Source of the DNA: an uncultured Trueperaceae bacterium
Lineage (GTDB): Bacteria > Deinococcota > Deinococci > Deinococcales > Trueperaceae
Assembly (NCBI GenBank): GCA_963799485.1
Contig: CAWCXJ010000005.1
Span: 1-64,000 of the forward strand
DNA length: 64,000 nt
Direction of reading: 5' to 3'
In this document: positions 27,703 to 40,805 of the stretch, piece by piece
Numbering within the stretch: position 1 is the first letter of the stretch
How the letters are laid out: the number at the start of each line of letters is the position of its first letter
Translations under genes and position numbers: made by a program
The notes under the pieces: generated by a model
Seen by the model: only the letters and a program-made list of their open reading frames with translations
The model's database searches: none
What the model was told of the DNA's origin: nothing

Positions 27703-27862
27703 GGTATTATCCTTGCATCCGCATAAACAGATACACGTAATCGAAATGACATAACCAGCTCAAAGACAGTTTCAGTGAGAGCGTTATGTGTCACGAGAGG
27801 CTTACTTTTCAGTTGCGCACGGTGTGGCAGCACTTTTTACCAAATGGCCTTACAATAACCCC

Positions 27863-30118
<2,256 letters not shown>

Positions 30119-30152
30119 CTGACAACCATATGACCGACAGCTCTACAAATCC

Positions 30153-31586
30153 GTGAACGACTTCGAGCTGGACAAACCCCGTGAAGAGTGCGGCGTCTTC
30201 GCGGTCTACCAACCCGAACCCGCCGACATCGTGCGGCTCTGCCACTTGGGGATATTTGCCTTGCAACACCGGGGACAGGAGTCTTGCGGCATCGCGGTCT
30301 CGAACGGCGACGAACTCATCATCGAAAAAGACATGGGTTTGGTTGCCGAAGTATTTGACGAATTACGGCTCGAGAAGTTGCAGCGTCCGGGTTTACGGGT
30401 CGGGGTCGGTCATACGCGCTACGCGACGACCGGCGCGTCGCTGCGGTTTAACGCGCAGCCGCTCACCGTCCGCTCGAACAAGGGGATTCTGGCGCTGGCG
30501 CACAACGGCAACTTTACCAACGCAAAATCCATGCGGCAGAAGATGCTCGACGACGGCGCGGTGTTTAACACCACCAACGACACCGAAGTGATGATTAACC
30601 TGATTGCGCGCTACAGCAAACTGTCGTTGGAGGACGCGACCGCGCAGGTTATGAGCGAGTTCGAGGGCGGTTTTGCCGTCGTTATTATGGACAAGGGAAA
30701 GATTTTGGGCCTCCGTGACAGTAACGGCGTCCGGCCTCTCGTTATCGGTGAGCTGAACGGCGGGTATGTCTTTGCGTCGGAACCCTCGGCGCTGCACGTT
30801 ATCGGTGCGACGTTTTTACGGGATGTGCGCCCCGGCGAACTGGTGATTGCGGATGAGCGGGGACTGCACTCGAGACAAGTCCTTAAGCCCAAACCGACCC
30901 CGTGCGCGTTCGAGTGGATTTATTTTGCCAGGGGTGATTCCGTCCTCGACGGGGTAGATGTTCACGCCGCACGTCTCCGGATGGGCGAAGTTCTAGCCGA
31001 AGAAGCGCCCGTAGACGCCGATGTGGTCGTCGGCGTCCCCGAATCCGGGTTGACCGCAGCCGTCGGGTATGCAAGAGCTTCAGGTATTCCTTACGATTTA
31101 GGGCTTTACAAATCACCTTACGCGGGCCGAACATTCATCAATCCGACGCAAGATTTGCGGAAACTCAAAGTGCTTCTCAAACTTGCGCCGACCGGGGCCG
31201 TGCGCGGTAAACGCGTTGTTTTAGTCGATGATTCCATCGTGCGCGGCACGACCTCGGGGCATATCGTGCAGCTTTTACGGGGTGCAGGCGCGACGGAAGT
31301 ACATTTCCGGGTTTCATCGCCGCCGATTCGTTACCCGTGCTACTACGGCATCGATACGGCGGCCCGTAAAGAGCTGGCCGCGGCGACCATGACCACCGAA
31401 GAAATCCGCGACCTCATCGGCGCGGACTCGCTCGCGTATATTTCCGAACCGGGGTTGGCGCGGGCGGTGGGGCTCCCTACTACCTGCCTGGCGTGTTTCG
31501 ACGGTTCGTATCCGGCGGGTCAGCCGGAAGAGGCGGCTGCGGACGACGAGCAGCTTGCTTTACCGGTCTTTAACGCGATTGCATAA
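30153..31586 (+). CDS. purF: Amidophosphoribosyltransferase (propeptide, Fe-S type)
   Basis: EECG after a short propeptide, QHRGQE, VDDSIVRGTT, PCYYGID, CLACF. Confidence 0.96.
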   Translation: MNDFELDKPREECGVFAVYQPEPADIVRLCHLGIFALQHRGQESCGIAVSNGDELIIEKDMGLVAEVFDELRLEKLQRPGLRVGVGHTRYATTGASLRFNAQPLTVRSNKGILALAHNGNFTNAKSMRQKMLDDGAVFNTTNDTEVMINLIARYSKLSLEDATAQVMSEFEGGFAVVIMDKGKILGLRDSNGVRPLVIGELNGGYVFASEPSALHVIGATFLRDVRPGELVIADERGLHSRQVLKPKPTPCAFEWIYFARGDSVLDGVDVHAARLRMGEVLAEEAPVDADVVVGVPESGLTAAVGYARASGIPYDLGLYKSPYAGRTFINPTQDLRKLKVLLKLAPTGAVRGKRVVLVDDSIVRGTTSGHIVQLLRGAGATEVHFRVSSPPIRYPCYYGIDTAARKELAAATMTTEEIRDLIGADSLAYISEPGLARAVGLPTTCLACFDGSYPAGQPEEAAADDEQLALPVFNAIA

Positions 31587-31598
31587 GGCACTGGCAGC

Positions 31599-31626
31599 AA
31601 AAAAATCGCCCGGCGTGAAACCGGGC
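31599..31626 (-). terminator. Intrinsic terminator between convergent purF and the reductase gene
   Basis: GCCCGG/CCGGGC stem with a nearby A7 run (U-tract on the minus strand). Confidence 0.55.
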
Positions 31627-31647
31627 AACCTGTCTGGCAAAAATCAG

Positions 31648-32505
31648 TTAGTCGGGAATGTAATCGAACACATCCGGGTTCGGCCCGGTGCGGCCCTCTT
31701 CGCCTTTGTCTAGCGCCGTAATCTTGTCCACGTCGGCGGCGTCAAGCTCAAAATCGAAAATCCGGTAGTTTTCCTCAATGCGTGAGGGCGTGACCGATTT
31801 AGGGAAGATGATGTCGCCACGCTGCACGTGCCACCGTAAAACGACCTGTGCAGGCGTTTTGCCGACCTTTTCGGCAATCTGCGTAATGGTGGCGTCGTCC
31901 AAGACTTCGCCCTGGGCAATCGGCGACCACGCTTCGGTAGCGATATTGTGCTCGTGACCGTAACGGCGCACGTCGTCGTTGACGAAGTAGGGGTGAACCT
32001 CAATCTGGTTGACGGCGGGTACGGTGTTGGTTTCTTTAGCTAAGCGCTCCAAATGCTCAACTTGAAAGTTCGACACGCCGATAGACTTCGAGCGACCGTC
32101 TTTTTGGAACGCCTCGAGCGTCTGCCAGGTCGAAACATAGTCGCCGTCGTACTTCGTCGGCAGGGGCCAGTGGATCAAAAACAAATCCACGTAGTCGAAC
32201 CCGAGCTCTGAGAGCGTTTTGTCGAAAGCTTTTTTCGCGTCGTCGGGCCGGTGAAAACCGTTGTTGAGCTTGCTGGTGACAAAAATCTCACTGCGCTCCA
32301 GACCGGAAGCGCGTACCGCTTCACCGACCTCACGCTCGTTGCCGTACATCTCGGCGGTGTCGATGTGGCGGTAGCCGACCTCGAGCGCCTTGAGCACAGC
32401 CTCTACGGTATTTTCCGGTTTGATCTGAAAGACTCCGAAGCCGAGTTGCGGGATGGTGTTGCCGTCGTTTAGCGTGATGTCAGGTACATTCATCGTGGTT
32501 TGCAT
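31648..32505 (-). CDS. Aldo/keto reductase, 2,5-diketo-D-gluconate reductase A-like
   Basis: IPQLGFGVF, IDTAEMY, LIHWP, IGVSNF, FPKSVTPSRIEEN. Confidence 0.88.
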   Translation of the reverse strand: MQTTMNVPDITLNDGNTIPQLGFGVFQIKPENTVEAVLKALEVGYRHIDTAEMYGNEREVGEAVRASGLERSEIFVTSKLNNGFHRPDDAKKAFDKTLSELGFDYVDLFLIHWPLPTKYDGDYVSTWQTLEAFQKDGRSKSIGVSNFQVEHLERLAKETNTVPAVNQIEVHPYFVNDDVRRYGHEHNIATEAWSPIAQGEVLDDATITQIAEKVGKTPAQVVLRWHVQRGDIIFPKSVTPSRIEENYRIFDFELDAADVDKITALDKGEEGRTGPNPDVFDYIPD

Positions 32506-32625
32506 TGTTACAGTCCTTTCGTTATCAAGCAAGGAGTCGCTTGGTTTGTCACAAACAAACACCATATTTGCACGGTCTTTAACAAAAGAACGTCAAGCTC
32601 GCCACGGTTTGGGTTCGTAGTCGTA

Positions 32626-34404
32626 TCAAGCTGCGGATACGTCCTCTTGCCACACAAGCTCCGGTTCGGGGTGTTGCGTTTTGACCAACCGGGCATAAAG
32701 GCCGTTCTGCCGTAAAAGTTCGTGGTGGGTGCCGCGCTCCTGAATCCCGCTTTCACCGAGCACCGCAATCTGGTCGGCCTTGCGGACGGTTGAAAGCCGG
32801 TGGGCAATCACGAGCGTGGTGCGCCCGACCATCAGGCGCTCGAGCGCCTCCTGAATCAGCCGTTCGGTGTGGGTGTCTACAGCAGAGGTCGCTTCGTCCA
32901 AGATTAAAATTGGTGCGTCCCGTAAAACCGCCCTGGCGATCGCCAAACGCTGCTTCTGCCCACCCGAAAGCTTGACGCCGCGCTCGCCGATGAGCGTGTC
33001 GTAGCCTTCCGGCAGGCTTGCAATAAACTCGGTGGCATTGGCAACTTTTGCGGCCTCCTGCACCTCCGCGTCCGAGGCGTCGGCGCGCCCGAAAAGGATA
33101 TTGTCGCGCACGGTGCCGTGAAAGAGGAATACGTCTTGCAGCACGGTGCTGATCTGGCTTCTGAGGCCTGAAAGCTCGAGGTCGCGCACATCATGCCCGT
33201 CTAACGTAATGCGTCCGCCGTTCACATCGTAAAACCGGGGGATGAGGCTGGCGAGCGTGGTTTTGCCGGCCCCGGTTGCGCCGACGAGCGCAAGCACGGA
33301 GCCTGCCGGAACGTCTAGGTTAATCCCTTCAAATACCGGCCTGTCGGCTTGATACGAGAAACTCACGTTCTCAAATCGGAGATGCCCCCGGGCGCGGCCC
33401 GGTAACTTTACGGCGTTCGGCGCGTCGGCGATGTCGGGTACTTCGTCTAAAAGTTCGGTGACGCGCTCGGCTCCGGCGACCGCCTCTTGCAACTGTTCCC
33501 AGGCGTTACTGAGCTGACGCACGGGTTGATAAAACAGCTCGAGAAAGAGAAAAAACGTCACCAAGTCGGCGACCGGCAGCGTTCCGGCGAGCGCCATTCG
33601 CCCGCCGAAAAAGATCACGACGATAACCCCGGCCCCGGCTGCCAAGTTGACGAACGGTTCAAACGTCGCCATCAGTTTAAGCGCCCTTAAGTTCGAGTCT
33701 CTAAACCGGTAGATACGCGCCCCGACCCGTTCGGATTCGGCGTGCTCGCGGGTAAAGGTCATGATTTCGCGCATTCCCGAAAGGTTGTCTTGCAGCGTCG
33801 CGTTGAGTTCGCCCAGGTCTTTTTGCCGTCTTCCGAATGCCGGGTGCCGAGCCGGGTGGACGAAGACCGCAAACCCCCACATCGAGAGCAAAATCAGCGG
33901 AATCGGCAGGAGCGTCAAAAACATCAGCGTCGGGCTCATCCAAAAGAGCGCCACGCTGACGCCCAAAAGCATAAAGACGTTGACCAGCACGTCCGGCAGC
34001 GCGTGGGCGATGAGGCGCTCGCGCAAATCCGAATCGTTGACGGTACGCGACATGAGCTGTCCGGTCTGTTTGTCTTCGTAAAACCGGAGCGAGAGTTTTT
34101 GCAGGTGATTGTACATGGTGCGGCGCACATCGGCGACGACGCCCCAGCCCGCGACGTGCGCCATGTATGAGCGGATGAACTCGAGCCCTGCTCTTGCCAG
34201 ATAAATCGCCAGCGCCACGAGCGCGAGCTGGGTGACTAAGCGGTAGGAAGATGGGCTCGAGTCGCCTTCTTGAACCGTCTTAATCAGCTGCCGAATCAGA
34301 AACGGCGCGACGAGCTGCACCCCGACGAGCAGCATCATGCTGAGGACAGTCCAGCTGAGGGCGGTGCGGTAGGGGCGGGCGAAGGTGAGAAACGATTTGA
34401 GCAT
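32626..34404 (-). CDS. ABC exporter, fused TMD-NBD
   Basis: GATGAGKT, LSGGQKQ, LDEATS; probable start ATG 34404. Confidence 0.88.
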   Translation of the reverse strand: MLKSFLTFARPYRTALSWTVLSMMLLVGVQLVAPFLIRQLIKTVQEGDSSPSSYRLVTQLALVALAIYLARAGLEFIRSYMAHVAGWGVVADVRRTMYNHLQKLSLRFYEDKQTGQLMSRTVNDSDLRERLIAHALPDVLVNVFMLLGVSVALFWMSPTLMFLTLLPIPLILLSMWGFAVFVHPARHPAFGRRQKDLGELNATLQDNLSGMREIMTFTREHAESERVGARIYRFRDSNLRALKLMATFEPFVNLAAGAGVIVVIFFGGRMALAGTLPVADLVTFFLFLELFYQPVRQLSNAWEQLQEAVAGAERVTELLDEVPDIADAPNAVKLPGRARGHLRFENVSFSYQADRPVFEGINLDVPAGSVLALVGATGAGKTTLASLIPRFYDVNGGRITLDGHDVRDLELSGLRSQISTVLQDVFLFHGTVRDNILFGRADASDAEVQEAAKVANATEFIASLPEGYDTLIGERGVKLSGGQKQRLAIARAVLRDAPILILDEATSAVDTHTERLIQEALERLMVGRTTLVIAHRLSTVRKADQIAVLGESGIQERGTHHELLRQNGLYARLVKTQHPEPELVWQEDVSAA

Positions 34405-34578
34405 CCGGTCTCCAGGTTCGTTTACCTTACCGTGGCGACGTTTCTGTGAACGTGTCGCTACGTTTACAAATCCTGCTGAGACAGCTTGAAGCCGGTTGTC
34501 GCGCCTTTGTGTAACGCTGCGTTCACCCACGCTGAATTTCGGGGTTGAGTGACTTTTGGTGCATAGGTGGTTCTGTTT

Positions 34579-35136
34579 TTAGACCCTTAGCGAGCCACGA
34601 AATCCTCTGGCGGCGTAGTAAGATTCTGCCCCGTTGTGATACACGAAGACACGACCGTAGCGGTAATCAGCAAATACGGCACCGCCGAGTTCTCTAATAT
34701 CGGCGGGTGTTTGCAGCCAGCTCGAGGTTTTCGTATCGAACGCCCCAAGTTGCTGCAACTCCCGGTACTGCGCTTCGGTTAAAAGTTCAGTTACCATAGC
34801 CGTCGCCACATCAACTGCGCTATCTTTCGGTTTGTTCTGTTTCCTCGACTCGAGCGCGTTGCGGTCGTAACAGAGACTTCTGCGACCTTTGGGGCTTTCC
34901 GCCGAGCAATCGTAAAAAACGTATTCGCCTGTCTCTTCATCAAAACCCATAACGTCGGGTTCACCGCCGGTTTTTTCCATTTCGTAGAGCGACCAGAGTT
35001 TTTCAGGCTGAGCTTCCAGCTTTGTTTGTACTGCGGCCCACTCGAGCCCTTTATGGCGATCCAGATTTTTCTCAAACCGAGTTTCCAAAGTATCGAGCAG
35101 GTTTTTACGCTGTTCTGGTGACAGTTCTTTTTTCAT
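34579..35136 (-). CDS. DUF4256 family protein
   Basis: RFEKN..RH, EMEKTGGEPDV, ESPKGRRSLCYD, YHNGAESYYAARGFRG. Confidence 0.8.
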   Translation of the reverse strand: MKKELSPEQRKNLLDTLETRFEKNLDRHKGLEWAAVQTKLEAQPEKLWSLYEMEKTGGEPDVMGFDEETGEYVFYDCSAESPKGRRSLCYDRNALESRKQNKPKDSAVDVATAMVTELLTEAQYRELQQLGAFDTKTSSWLQTPADIRELGGAVFADYRYGRVFVYHNGAESYYAARGFRGSLRV

Positions 35137-35325
35137 GGTGTCCTTCTTGATACTTTCCCCTATCACTTTGCAGTTGAGCTAGATTTTCTGCTATCAGTTC
35201 GGCACTTCTTGCAACACAGGCATGAGAAAGAGGACGAGTGGTCGCTTGTTCAAGAAAATTCTCCTCCGGTCGGGCTTGCTACCCGCGACAGAACCGAAAC
35301 AGGGCTCGCGGCGTAAAGGGGACTA

Positions 35326-36144
35326 CTAGGGCGACCCTCTCAAAGCCTCAAACATCACCCCGACAGGTGCGTCCCGGCCCGTCCACGCGGAGAACGCCTC
35401 CGCACCCTGATAGACGAGCATCGCCAGACCGTTTTGCGTCCTTAAACCGGCGGCGGCGGCGGCGCGCAGGAGCGGCGTTTCGGCGGGCCGGTAGACGATA
35501 TCGACGACCAGCTCGCGGGGCAAGCTGCCGGGGGGCAAAGGCGAACTGTCCGGGTCATACGTCTCATGACCGACCGACGTGGTGTTGACGACCAAAGACG
35601 CGCGCCGCACCGCGCGGCCCAGGTCTTCTGGTTTGATAGCGGCGACGTTACCAAAACGCTCCAGGTCGCGCGCCAACGCTTCAGCCTTGACCGGTGTGCG
35701 GTTGGCAATACCTAAATTTGCCCCCGCGCGCAGCAGGGCGAGCCCGACCGCCCGCGCCGCGCCGCCCGCCCCCAACATCACCACGTCTTGGTCTGCCGCG
35801 TCGTAACCGCCGTCTTCGGTCAGCGCGCGCGCGAACCCGCCGATGTCGGTGTTGTGCCCGACTAGGGTACCGCCCCGGTTAAAAATCGTGTTGACCGCGC
35901 CGACTGTTTCCGCCTCGGGACTCAGCGCGTCCAAAAAGGGAACAACGGCAAGTTTGTAAGGAATCGTTACATTTGCGCCGTAAACGTGCGCCTCACGGAG
36001 CCGCCGGACGACGCCGGGCAACTCGGCCTCCGTCACCCCCAGCGCCTCGTAGTGCGCGCCCAGACCGAGCGCCTTAAACGCGGCGTTATGCATAACCGGG
36101 CTGAGGCTGTATCCGGCCTCTTCGGTGAGCAGATAGGCGTTCAT
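35326..36144 (-). CDS. aroE: Shikimate dehydrogenase
   Basis: SLSPVMHN, NVTIPYK, GAVNT, NTD, GAGGAARA, GLAMLVYQG. Confidence 0.93.
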   Translation of the reverse strand: MNAYLLTEEAGYSLSPVMHNAAFKALGLGAHYEALGVTEAELPGVVRRLREAHVYGANVTIPYKLAVVPFLDALSPEAETVGAVNTIFNRGGTLVGHNTDIGGFARALTEDGGYDAADQDVVMLGAGGAARAVGLALLRAGANLGIANRTPVKAEALARDLERFGNVAAIKPEDLGRAVRRASLVVNTTSVGHETYDPDSSPLPPGSLPRELVVDIVYRPAETPLLRAAAAAGLRTQNGLAMLVYQGAEAFSAWTGRDAPVGVMFEALRGSP

Positions 36145-36160
36145 AGGTCTTAGTCGAGGT

Positions 36161-37192
36161 TCAAGCCGAAACAGCGCTCGAGACCTGCTCGGCGGCGCTG
36201 AGAGTACGGGCGATATCGTCGTCGGAGATTTCATAGTGGGTCACGAACCGCACCGTCTCCGGCCCGAGCGCCCCCACGCGTATCCCGAAAGACTCGAGCT
36301 GTTCGGCAAAACGCGGCGCGTCCGGCACGTGCAGATAGACCATGTTGGTCTGTACCGACTCGAGGTCGACCGATACACCCGGCAGTTCCGCCAAGCCTTC
36401 AGCGAGCCGCCGCGCGCGCCTGTGGTCATCGCCAAGCCGTCCGGACATCTCCTCAACCGCCACGATGCCCGCCGCTGCAATCACCCCGGCCTGCCGCATC
36501 CCGCCGCCCAGCATTTTACGGTAGCGGTGCGCCTCCTGAATAAACGCCCCTGACCCCAACAAAACCGTGCCGACGGGGGCAGCCAACCCTTTGGAGAGGC
36601 AGAGCGAAACCGAATCGAAGGGCGCGCACAGTTCAGCCAAGGTAGTCCCCAGCGCAGCGACCGCGTTAAAGCCTCTGGCCCCGTCCAAATGAAGCGGTAA
36701 CCCTTCTGCCTTGGCGAGCTGGCCGATTTCTCGAAGCCGTGCTAACGGCACGACCGTTCCCCCGGCCTTGTTGTGCGTATTTTCCAGCACGATTAAACCG
36801 GTCGGAGCCTGATGAATGCTGCGGTGAACCGCCGCCTGAATATCCGCGACTTCCGGCACCCCGAGCGGCGCAGGAACAGTTCTCGGCAAAACGCCGCTGA
36901 TAACCGCCATGCTGCCGAGTTCATACTCGTAGACGTGTGCGCCCTCAGGAATGATGACCTCTTGACCGCGCGTGGTGTGAACGGCAATTGCGACCTGATT
37001 GCTCATCGTCCCGCTCGGCATCAGCAGCCCGGCTTCACATCCGGCACGTTCAGCAAGCAAATCTTGCAGGCGGTTGACGGTCGGGTCTTCGGCGTACACG
37101 TCGTCGCCGACACTGGCCCGGGCCACCGCGCGGCGCATCGCGGGCGTCGGGCGGGTTACGGTGTCGGAGCGCAAATCAATAACGTCTGGCAT
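36161..37192 (-). CDS. ltaE: Low-specificity L-threonine aldolase
   Basis: [30 protein letters not shown]. Confidence 0.93.
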   Translation of the reverse strand: MPDVIDLRSDTVTRPTPAMRRAVARASVGDDVYAEDPTVNRLQDLLAERAGCEAGLLMPSGTMSNQVAIAVHTTRGQEVIIPEGAHVYEYELGSMAVISGVLPRTVPAPLGVPEVADIQAAVHRSIHQAPTGLIVLENTHNKAGGTVVPLARLREIGQLAKAEGLPLHLDGARGFNAVAALGTTLAELCAPFDSVSLCLSKGLAAPVGTVLLGSGAFIQEAHRYRKMLGGGMRQAGVIAAAGIVAVEEMSGRLGDDHRRARRLAEGLAELPGVSVDLESVQTNMVYLHVPDAPRFAEQLESFGIRVGALGPETVRFVTHYEISDDDIARTLSAAEQVSSAVSA

Positions 37193-37208
37193 GGTCTACT
37201 ATACGCCG
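37193..37208. promoter_or_regulatory. Overlapping divergent -10 boxes
   Basis: Plus strand TACTAT 37197-37202; minus strand TATAGT 37203-37198; only 16 bp between the two start codons. Confidence 0.65.
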
Positions 37209-38936
37209 GTGACGCACTCCGCTCCTATCCGGTTCGACTTTGCGGGCGAGACGCTGTTTGGTAAACCCCTCGAGACCATCCAAGCCACGCGTCTAGCTGA
37301 GGTTTTAGGCGCGCTGCGGGCCGTGCAGAGGGCGAGCGAAGCGGGGCTTTACGCCGCGGGTTACGTTGCTTATGAAGCCGCGCCCGCGTTCGACAGCGCT
37401 CTCGAGACTCACCCCCCGACCGGGCAGCCGCTGGTATGGTTCGGTCTCTTTGAACGTGCGGAGCGTCCCGAGCATCATGAGGCTGAAGTTACCGGCACCG
37501 AACTGAACGACTGGAAACTCGATACTTCCGAAACCGACTACCACGCCGCTATCGCCGCCATCCGTGAAAACATCGCAGCGGGCGTGACCTATCAGGCCAA
37601 CTACACTCTCAGGCTCCGAAGCCCGAACGTCTGCCTGAACCCTTACGCCCTTTACGGCGCGCTCCGAAACCGGCACCGTCCGCCCTACGCGAGCTTTCTC
37701 GACACAGGCGAACTAAAACTCGTGTCACTCTCACCCGAACTGTTTTTTTCGCTCGCGGGCCGCACCGTAACAACTCGCCCGATGAAAGGCACGACTGCGC
37801 GCGGACGCTTTTTAGAAGAGGACGAAAGGCTCAAAACCACGCTCCGGCAGAGCCCCAAAGAACGTGCCGAAAACGTGATGATCGTCGATATGCTCCGCAA
37901 CGACCTCGGCAAAGTTGCCGTTCCCGGTTCTGTTGCCGTACCTGAGCTATTGACCCTCGAGACCTACCCGACTTTTCACACCCTGACCTCGACGATTACC
38001 GCCGAACTGCCTGAAAACGTGGGGTTGCTCGAGCTTTTCCGGGCGCTTTTCCCGTGCGGGTCGGTCACAGGCGCGCCGAAAGTCAGCACCATGCGCGTTT
38101 TACGGGGGCTCGAGGCTACTCCCAGAGGTGTCTACTGCGGCGCACTCGGTTACGTCAAACCGGGCGGCGACGCGGTATTCAGCGTTCCTATCCGCACCCT
38201 GGCGCTGACCCCCGGTGGTGCTGAATACGGCGTTGGGAGCGGCGTCACCTGGGATTCTCTGGCGGCGGCTGAATACGCAGAGCTCGCCGTAAAAGCGGCG
38301 CTCGTCACCACCCCGAGGCCGGATTTCAGTTTGCTGGAAACGCTGCGCTGGGACGGACGGCAGTTTGTCGGGTTGGCGCGTCACCTGGCGCGCGTTGCGG
38401 CGTCGGCGGCGTTTTTCGGCGTTCCCTTGCAGCTTGACGCGTTGCGCCAAGCGCTAGAGCAGCACGGTTTGGGACATCTCGGTAACACTAGACGGGTGCG
38501 GGCGCTCGTCTCCCAAACGGGCCGGGTTTACGTCGAGAGCTTGCCGCTCGCGCTGTCTGACAAATCACTTACGGTAGGGCTGGCGAAAGAGCCGGTCAAC
38601 AGCCGGGACGTATTTCTCTTTCACAAAACGACGCACCGGGCCGTTTACGACCTGCGCCGCCAGGACGCCCCGGAAGCTGACGACGTGCTGCTCTGGAACG
38701 AACGGGGAGAACTTACCGAGTTTACGGTAGGGAATCTGGTCGTCGAGCTAAACGGTGAACGACTGACGCCGCCGCGTGAGGCGGGTCTTTTGGGGGGTGT
38801 TCTGCGGCAAGCGGGGCTCGAGACCGGCGTCCTCAAAGAGAAAATACTCTACCCTGTAGACCTGACGCGGGCGACAAAGGTCTGGCGTATCAACAGCTTG
38901 CGCGGTTGGCAAACTGTGCTTATAACCGGCTTATAA
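37209..38936 (+). CDS. pabB: Aminodeoxychorismate synthase component I fused to an ADC-lyase-like domain
   Basis: [43 protein letters not shown]-terminal LLETL...HKTT...GLLGGVLR. Confidence 0.9.
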   Translation: MTHSAPIRFDFAGETLFGKPLETIQATRLAEVLGALRAVQRASEAGLYAAGYVAYEAAPAFDSALETHPPTGQPLVWFGLFERAERPEHHEAEVTGTELNDWKLDTSETDYHAAIAAIRENIAAGVTYQANYTLRLRSPNVCLNPYALYGALRNRHRPPYASFLDTGELKLVSLSPELFFSLAGRTVTTRPMKGTTARGRFLEEDERLKTTLRQSPKERAENVMIVDMLRNDLGKVAVPGSVAVPELLTLETYPTFHTLTSTITAELPENVGLLELFRALFPCGSVTGAPKVSTMRVLRGLEATPRGVYCGALGYVKPGGDAVFSVPIRTLALTPGGAEYGVGSGVTWDSLAAAEYAELAVKAALVTTPRPDFSLLETLRWDGRQFVGLARHLARVAASAAFFGVPLQLDALRQALEQHGLGHLGNTRRVRALVSQTGRVYVESLPLALSDKSLTVGLAKEPVNSRDVFLFHKTTHRAVYDLRRQDAPEADDVLLWNERGELTEFTVGNLVVELNGERLTPPREAGLLGGVLRQAGLETGVLKEKILYPVDLTRATKVWRINSLRGWQTVLITGL

Positions 38937-39951
38937 CCGTGACCCCGCGCTGGGCAAACGACCCCATCGCCGCAAGTTCCGCCCCTGCCTCGGCCAGCGT
39001 GATGGTTTTGGCGATAAGCTTTTGCGGGTTCAGCACGCCGGCGGTAATCAGCTCTAGAAGTGCCGGGTAGCTGCGTGCGGGCATTCCGTGGCTACCGAGA
39101 AGCTCGAGTTCTTTAGCAATCACCTCAGCGAGCGGGAGCGGTACGGGTTTGCCCTCCCCGAGCAGCAGCCCGACCTGCACGTGCCGCCCCTTTTTGCGTA
39201 AAGACCGCACCGAATTGCGGCAGGTTCCGGCGCTCCCGAGCGCGTCGAGCGAAAGGTGTGCGCCGCCGCCCGTCAGCGCCAAAATCTCTTTTACCGGGTG
39301 TTTTGACAAGATGGTGTGTTCAGCACCCAAAGCCTCAGCCACCACCAGTTTTTCCGCGTCGATGTCAACAGCAATCACCCTGGCCCCCAGCGCGGCGGCG
39401 ATCATCACCGCCGACAGCCCGACGCCGCCGCAGCCGTGAACCGCGACCCATTGCCCCGCCGTTACGCGTCCCTGCGCGGTAAGCGCGTGAAACGCCGTCA
39501 TAAAGCGGCAGCCCAAGCTCGCAGCTTCAGCAAAGCCGAGCGTATCAGGAAGTCTGACCAGGTTGGTCTCAGCGTAGGGAAGCGAAACGTATTCGGCAAA
39601 CCCGCCCCAACCTGAAAAGCCCGGTTGATACTCATGGTGGCAGAGGTGTGAGGCACCCTCGGCGCACATCTCGCAAAGGCCGCAGCCACAGCAAAACGGC
39701 ACCGTCACGCGCTCCCCGACCCGCCAGCTTGTTACGCCGCGCCCGAGTTCGGCGACCGTTCCGGCGAGTTCGTGACCGGGAACGTGCGGGAGCTTGACCG
39801 TCGGGTCGTGCCCCCTCCACGCGTGCCAGTCGCTCCGGCAAACGCCGCACGCCTCGACCTGAATGACAACCCCGCCCTCCGGCGGAACGGGATCGGGAAC
39901 GGTTGTAAGCTCGAGGGGTTCCCCGAACGCGTGCATCACAGCGGCTTTCAT
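38920..39951 (-). CDS. Zinc-dependent alcohol dehydrogenase
   Basis: [19 protein letters not shown] structural zinc site, GCGGVG. Confidence 0.92.
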   Translation of the reverse strand: MKAAVMHAFGEPLELTTVPDPVPPEGGVVIQVEACGVCRSDWHAWRGHDPTVKLPHVPGHELAGTVAELGRGVTSWRVGERVTVPFCCGCGLCEMCAEGASHLCHHEYQPGFSGWGGFAEYVSLPYAETNLVRLPDTLGFAEAASLGCRFMTAFHALTAQGRVTAGQWVAVHGCGGVGLSAVMIAAALGARVIAVDIDAEKLVVAEALGAEHTILSKHPVKEILALTGGGAHLSLDALGSAGTCRNSVRSLRKKGRHVQVGLLLGEGKPVPLPLAEVIAKELELLGSHGMPARSYPALLELITAGVLNPQKLIAKTITLAEAGAELAAMGSFAQRGVTVISRL

Positions 39952-40040
39952 GGGTAGTGTCTCCTAGAGGGTCGTATTAAAACCGATTAGACTGTGCGAA
40001 CAGGCAAAAAATCATGGCGGAAGAGCGCGGCTCGAGCCCC

Positions 40041-40706
40041 TCAGCTCGTTTCGGTTGCGCCCCGGCGAAAACGCTGTGCCATCACCCTTTGAAACGTCTC
40101 GGTATCGTTTACATGCGGAAACGGCGTCTCCGGCACCGCTACCCCCAAAAAGCGGCAGAGCGGTTCCCAACCCTCTTTAACCTCGTAAACGAGCAGCTTT
40201 TCAGGCGGCACGGCGCGCTTGACCTCTGCGATATGCCGTTCAAAGACCGCGATGGCGTGCGCTTTGTCGTGTTCTTTACCGCCAAACGTTCTTCTGGAAA
40301 TCAAACGGATGACGACCCAGAGCGAGCGCCACATCCGGGGCGTCGTCAGAAGTTGCCAAAGTTGCCTCGGCCCGCCGCGCGACGCCGTAAAAATCGTCTC
40401 GCTGGCGCTCTTGTACCAGCGCTCGGAATCGCGGACGCTCAAGACGACCTTGGCGTCCGGATACTGCGCCATCAGTTCCCGGTAAAAGGTGCACCCGGGC
40501 CAGTCTACTATCGCCTGATAGCCGCTAAACAGCTCGTCCCACGCGACGTTTTTGCCCTTTAGCGCGGCGTCCCAGTAGCGCGCGTGTTCGGGGTGTTCCA
40601 TAAACTCGAACATGTGGTAGCACCTGCTAAAACCGAGGGTCTCGAGGGCCTCTTTCAAGGACGCCGTACCCGTTCTGCCGAAACCTGCACCGATAACTTT
40701 CACCAT
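40041..40706 (-). CDS. Sulfotransferase-like P-loop protein (Sulfotransfer_4 type)
   Basis: KVIGAGFGRTGTASL, CYHM, DWP, YPDAKV, GWEPLCRFL, PFPHVN. Confidence 0.85.
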   Translation of the reverse strand: MVKVIGAGFGRTGTASLKEALETLGFSRCYHMFEFMEHPEHARYWDAALKGKNVAWDELFSGYQAIVDWPGCTFYRELMAQYPDAKVVLSVRDSERWYKSASETIFTASRGGPRQLWQLLTTPRMWRSLWVVIRLISRRTFGGKEHDKAHAIAVFERHIAEVKRAVPPEKLLVYEVKEGWEPLCRFLGVAVPETPFPHVNDTETFQRVMAQRFRRGATETS

Positions 40707-40805
40707 GTACCAAGTCTGCTTCAATAAACAAGTGTGCGTATAGGTGTGCGCTACGCTCCGCTTTACGGGCAACCACAAACCAGCCGCTCAGGTAGAGTAG
40801 CGGAG

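Noticed and set aside
25989..27800. IS-type terminal inverted repeats or target duplication around ArsR-MFS
   Set aside because: Only weak partial matches; no transposase
36999..37208. Long N-terminal extensions in the ORF track (pabB, also 51108, 42254, 57551, 34530)
   Set aside because: They overlap neighbouring genes or promoters; better starts with an RBS, a -10 box or translational coupling lie downstream
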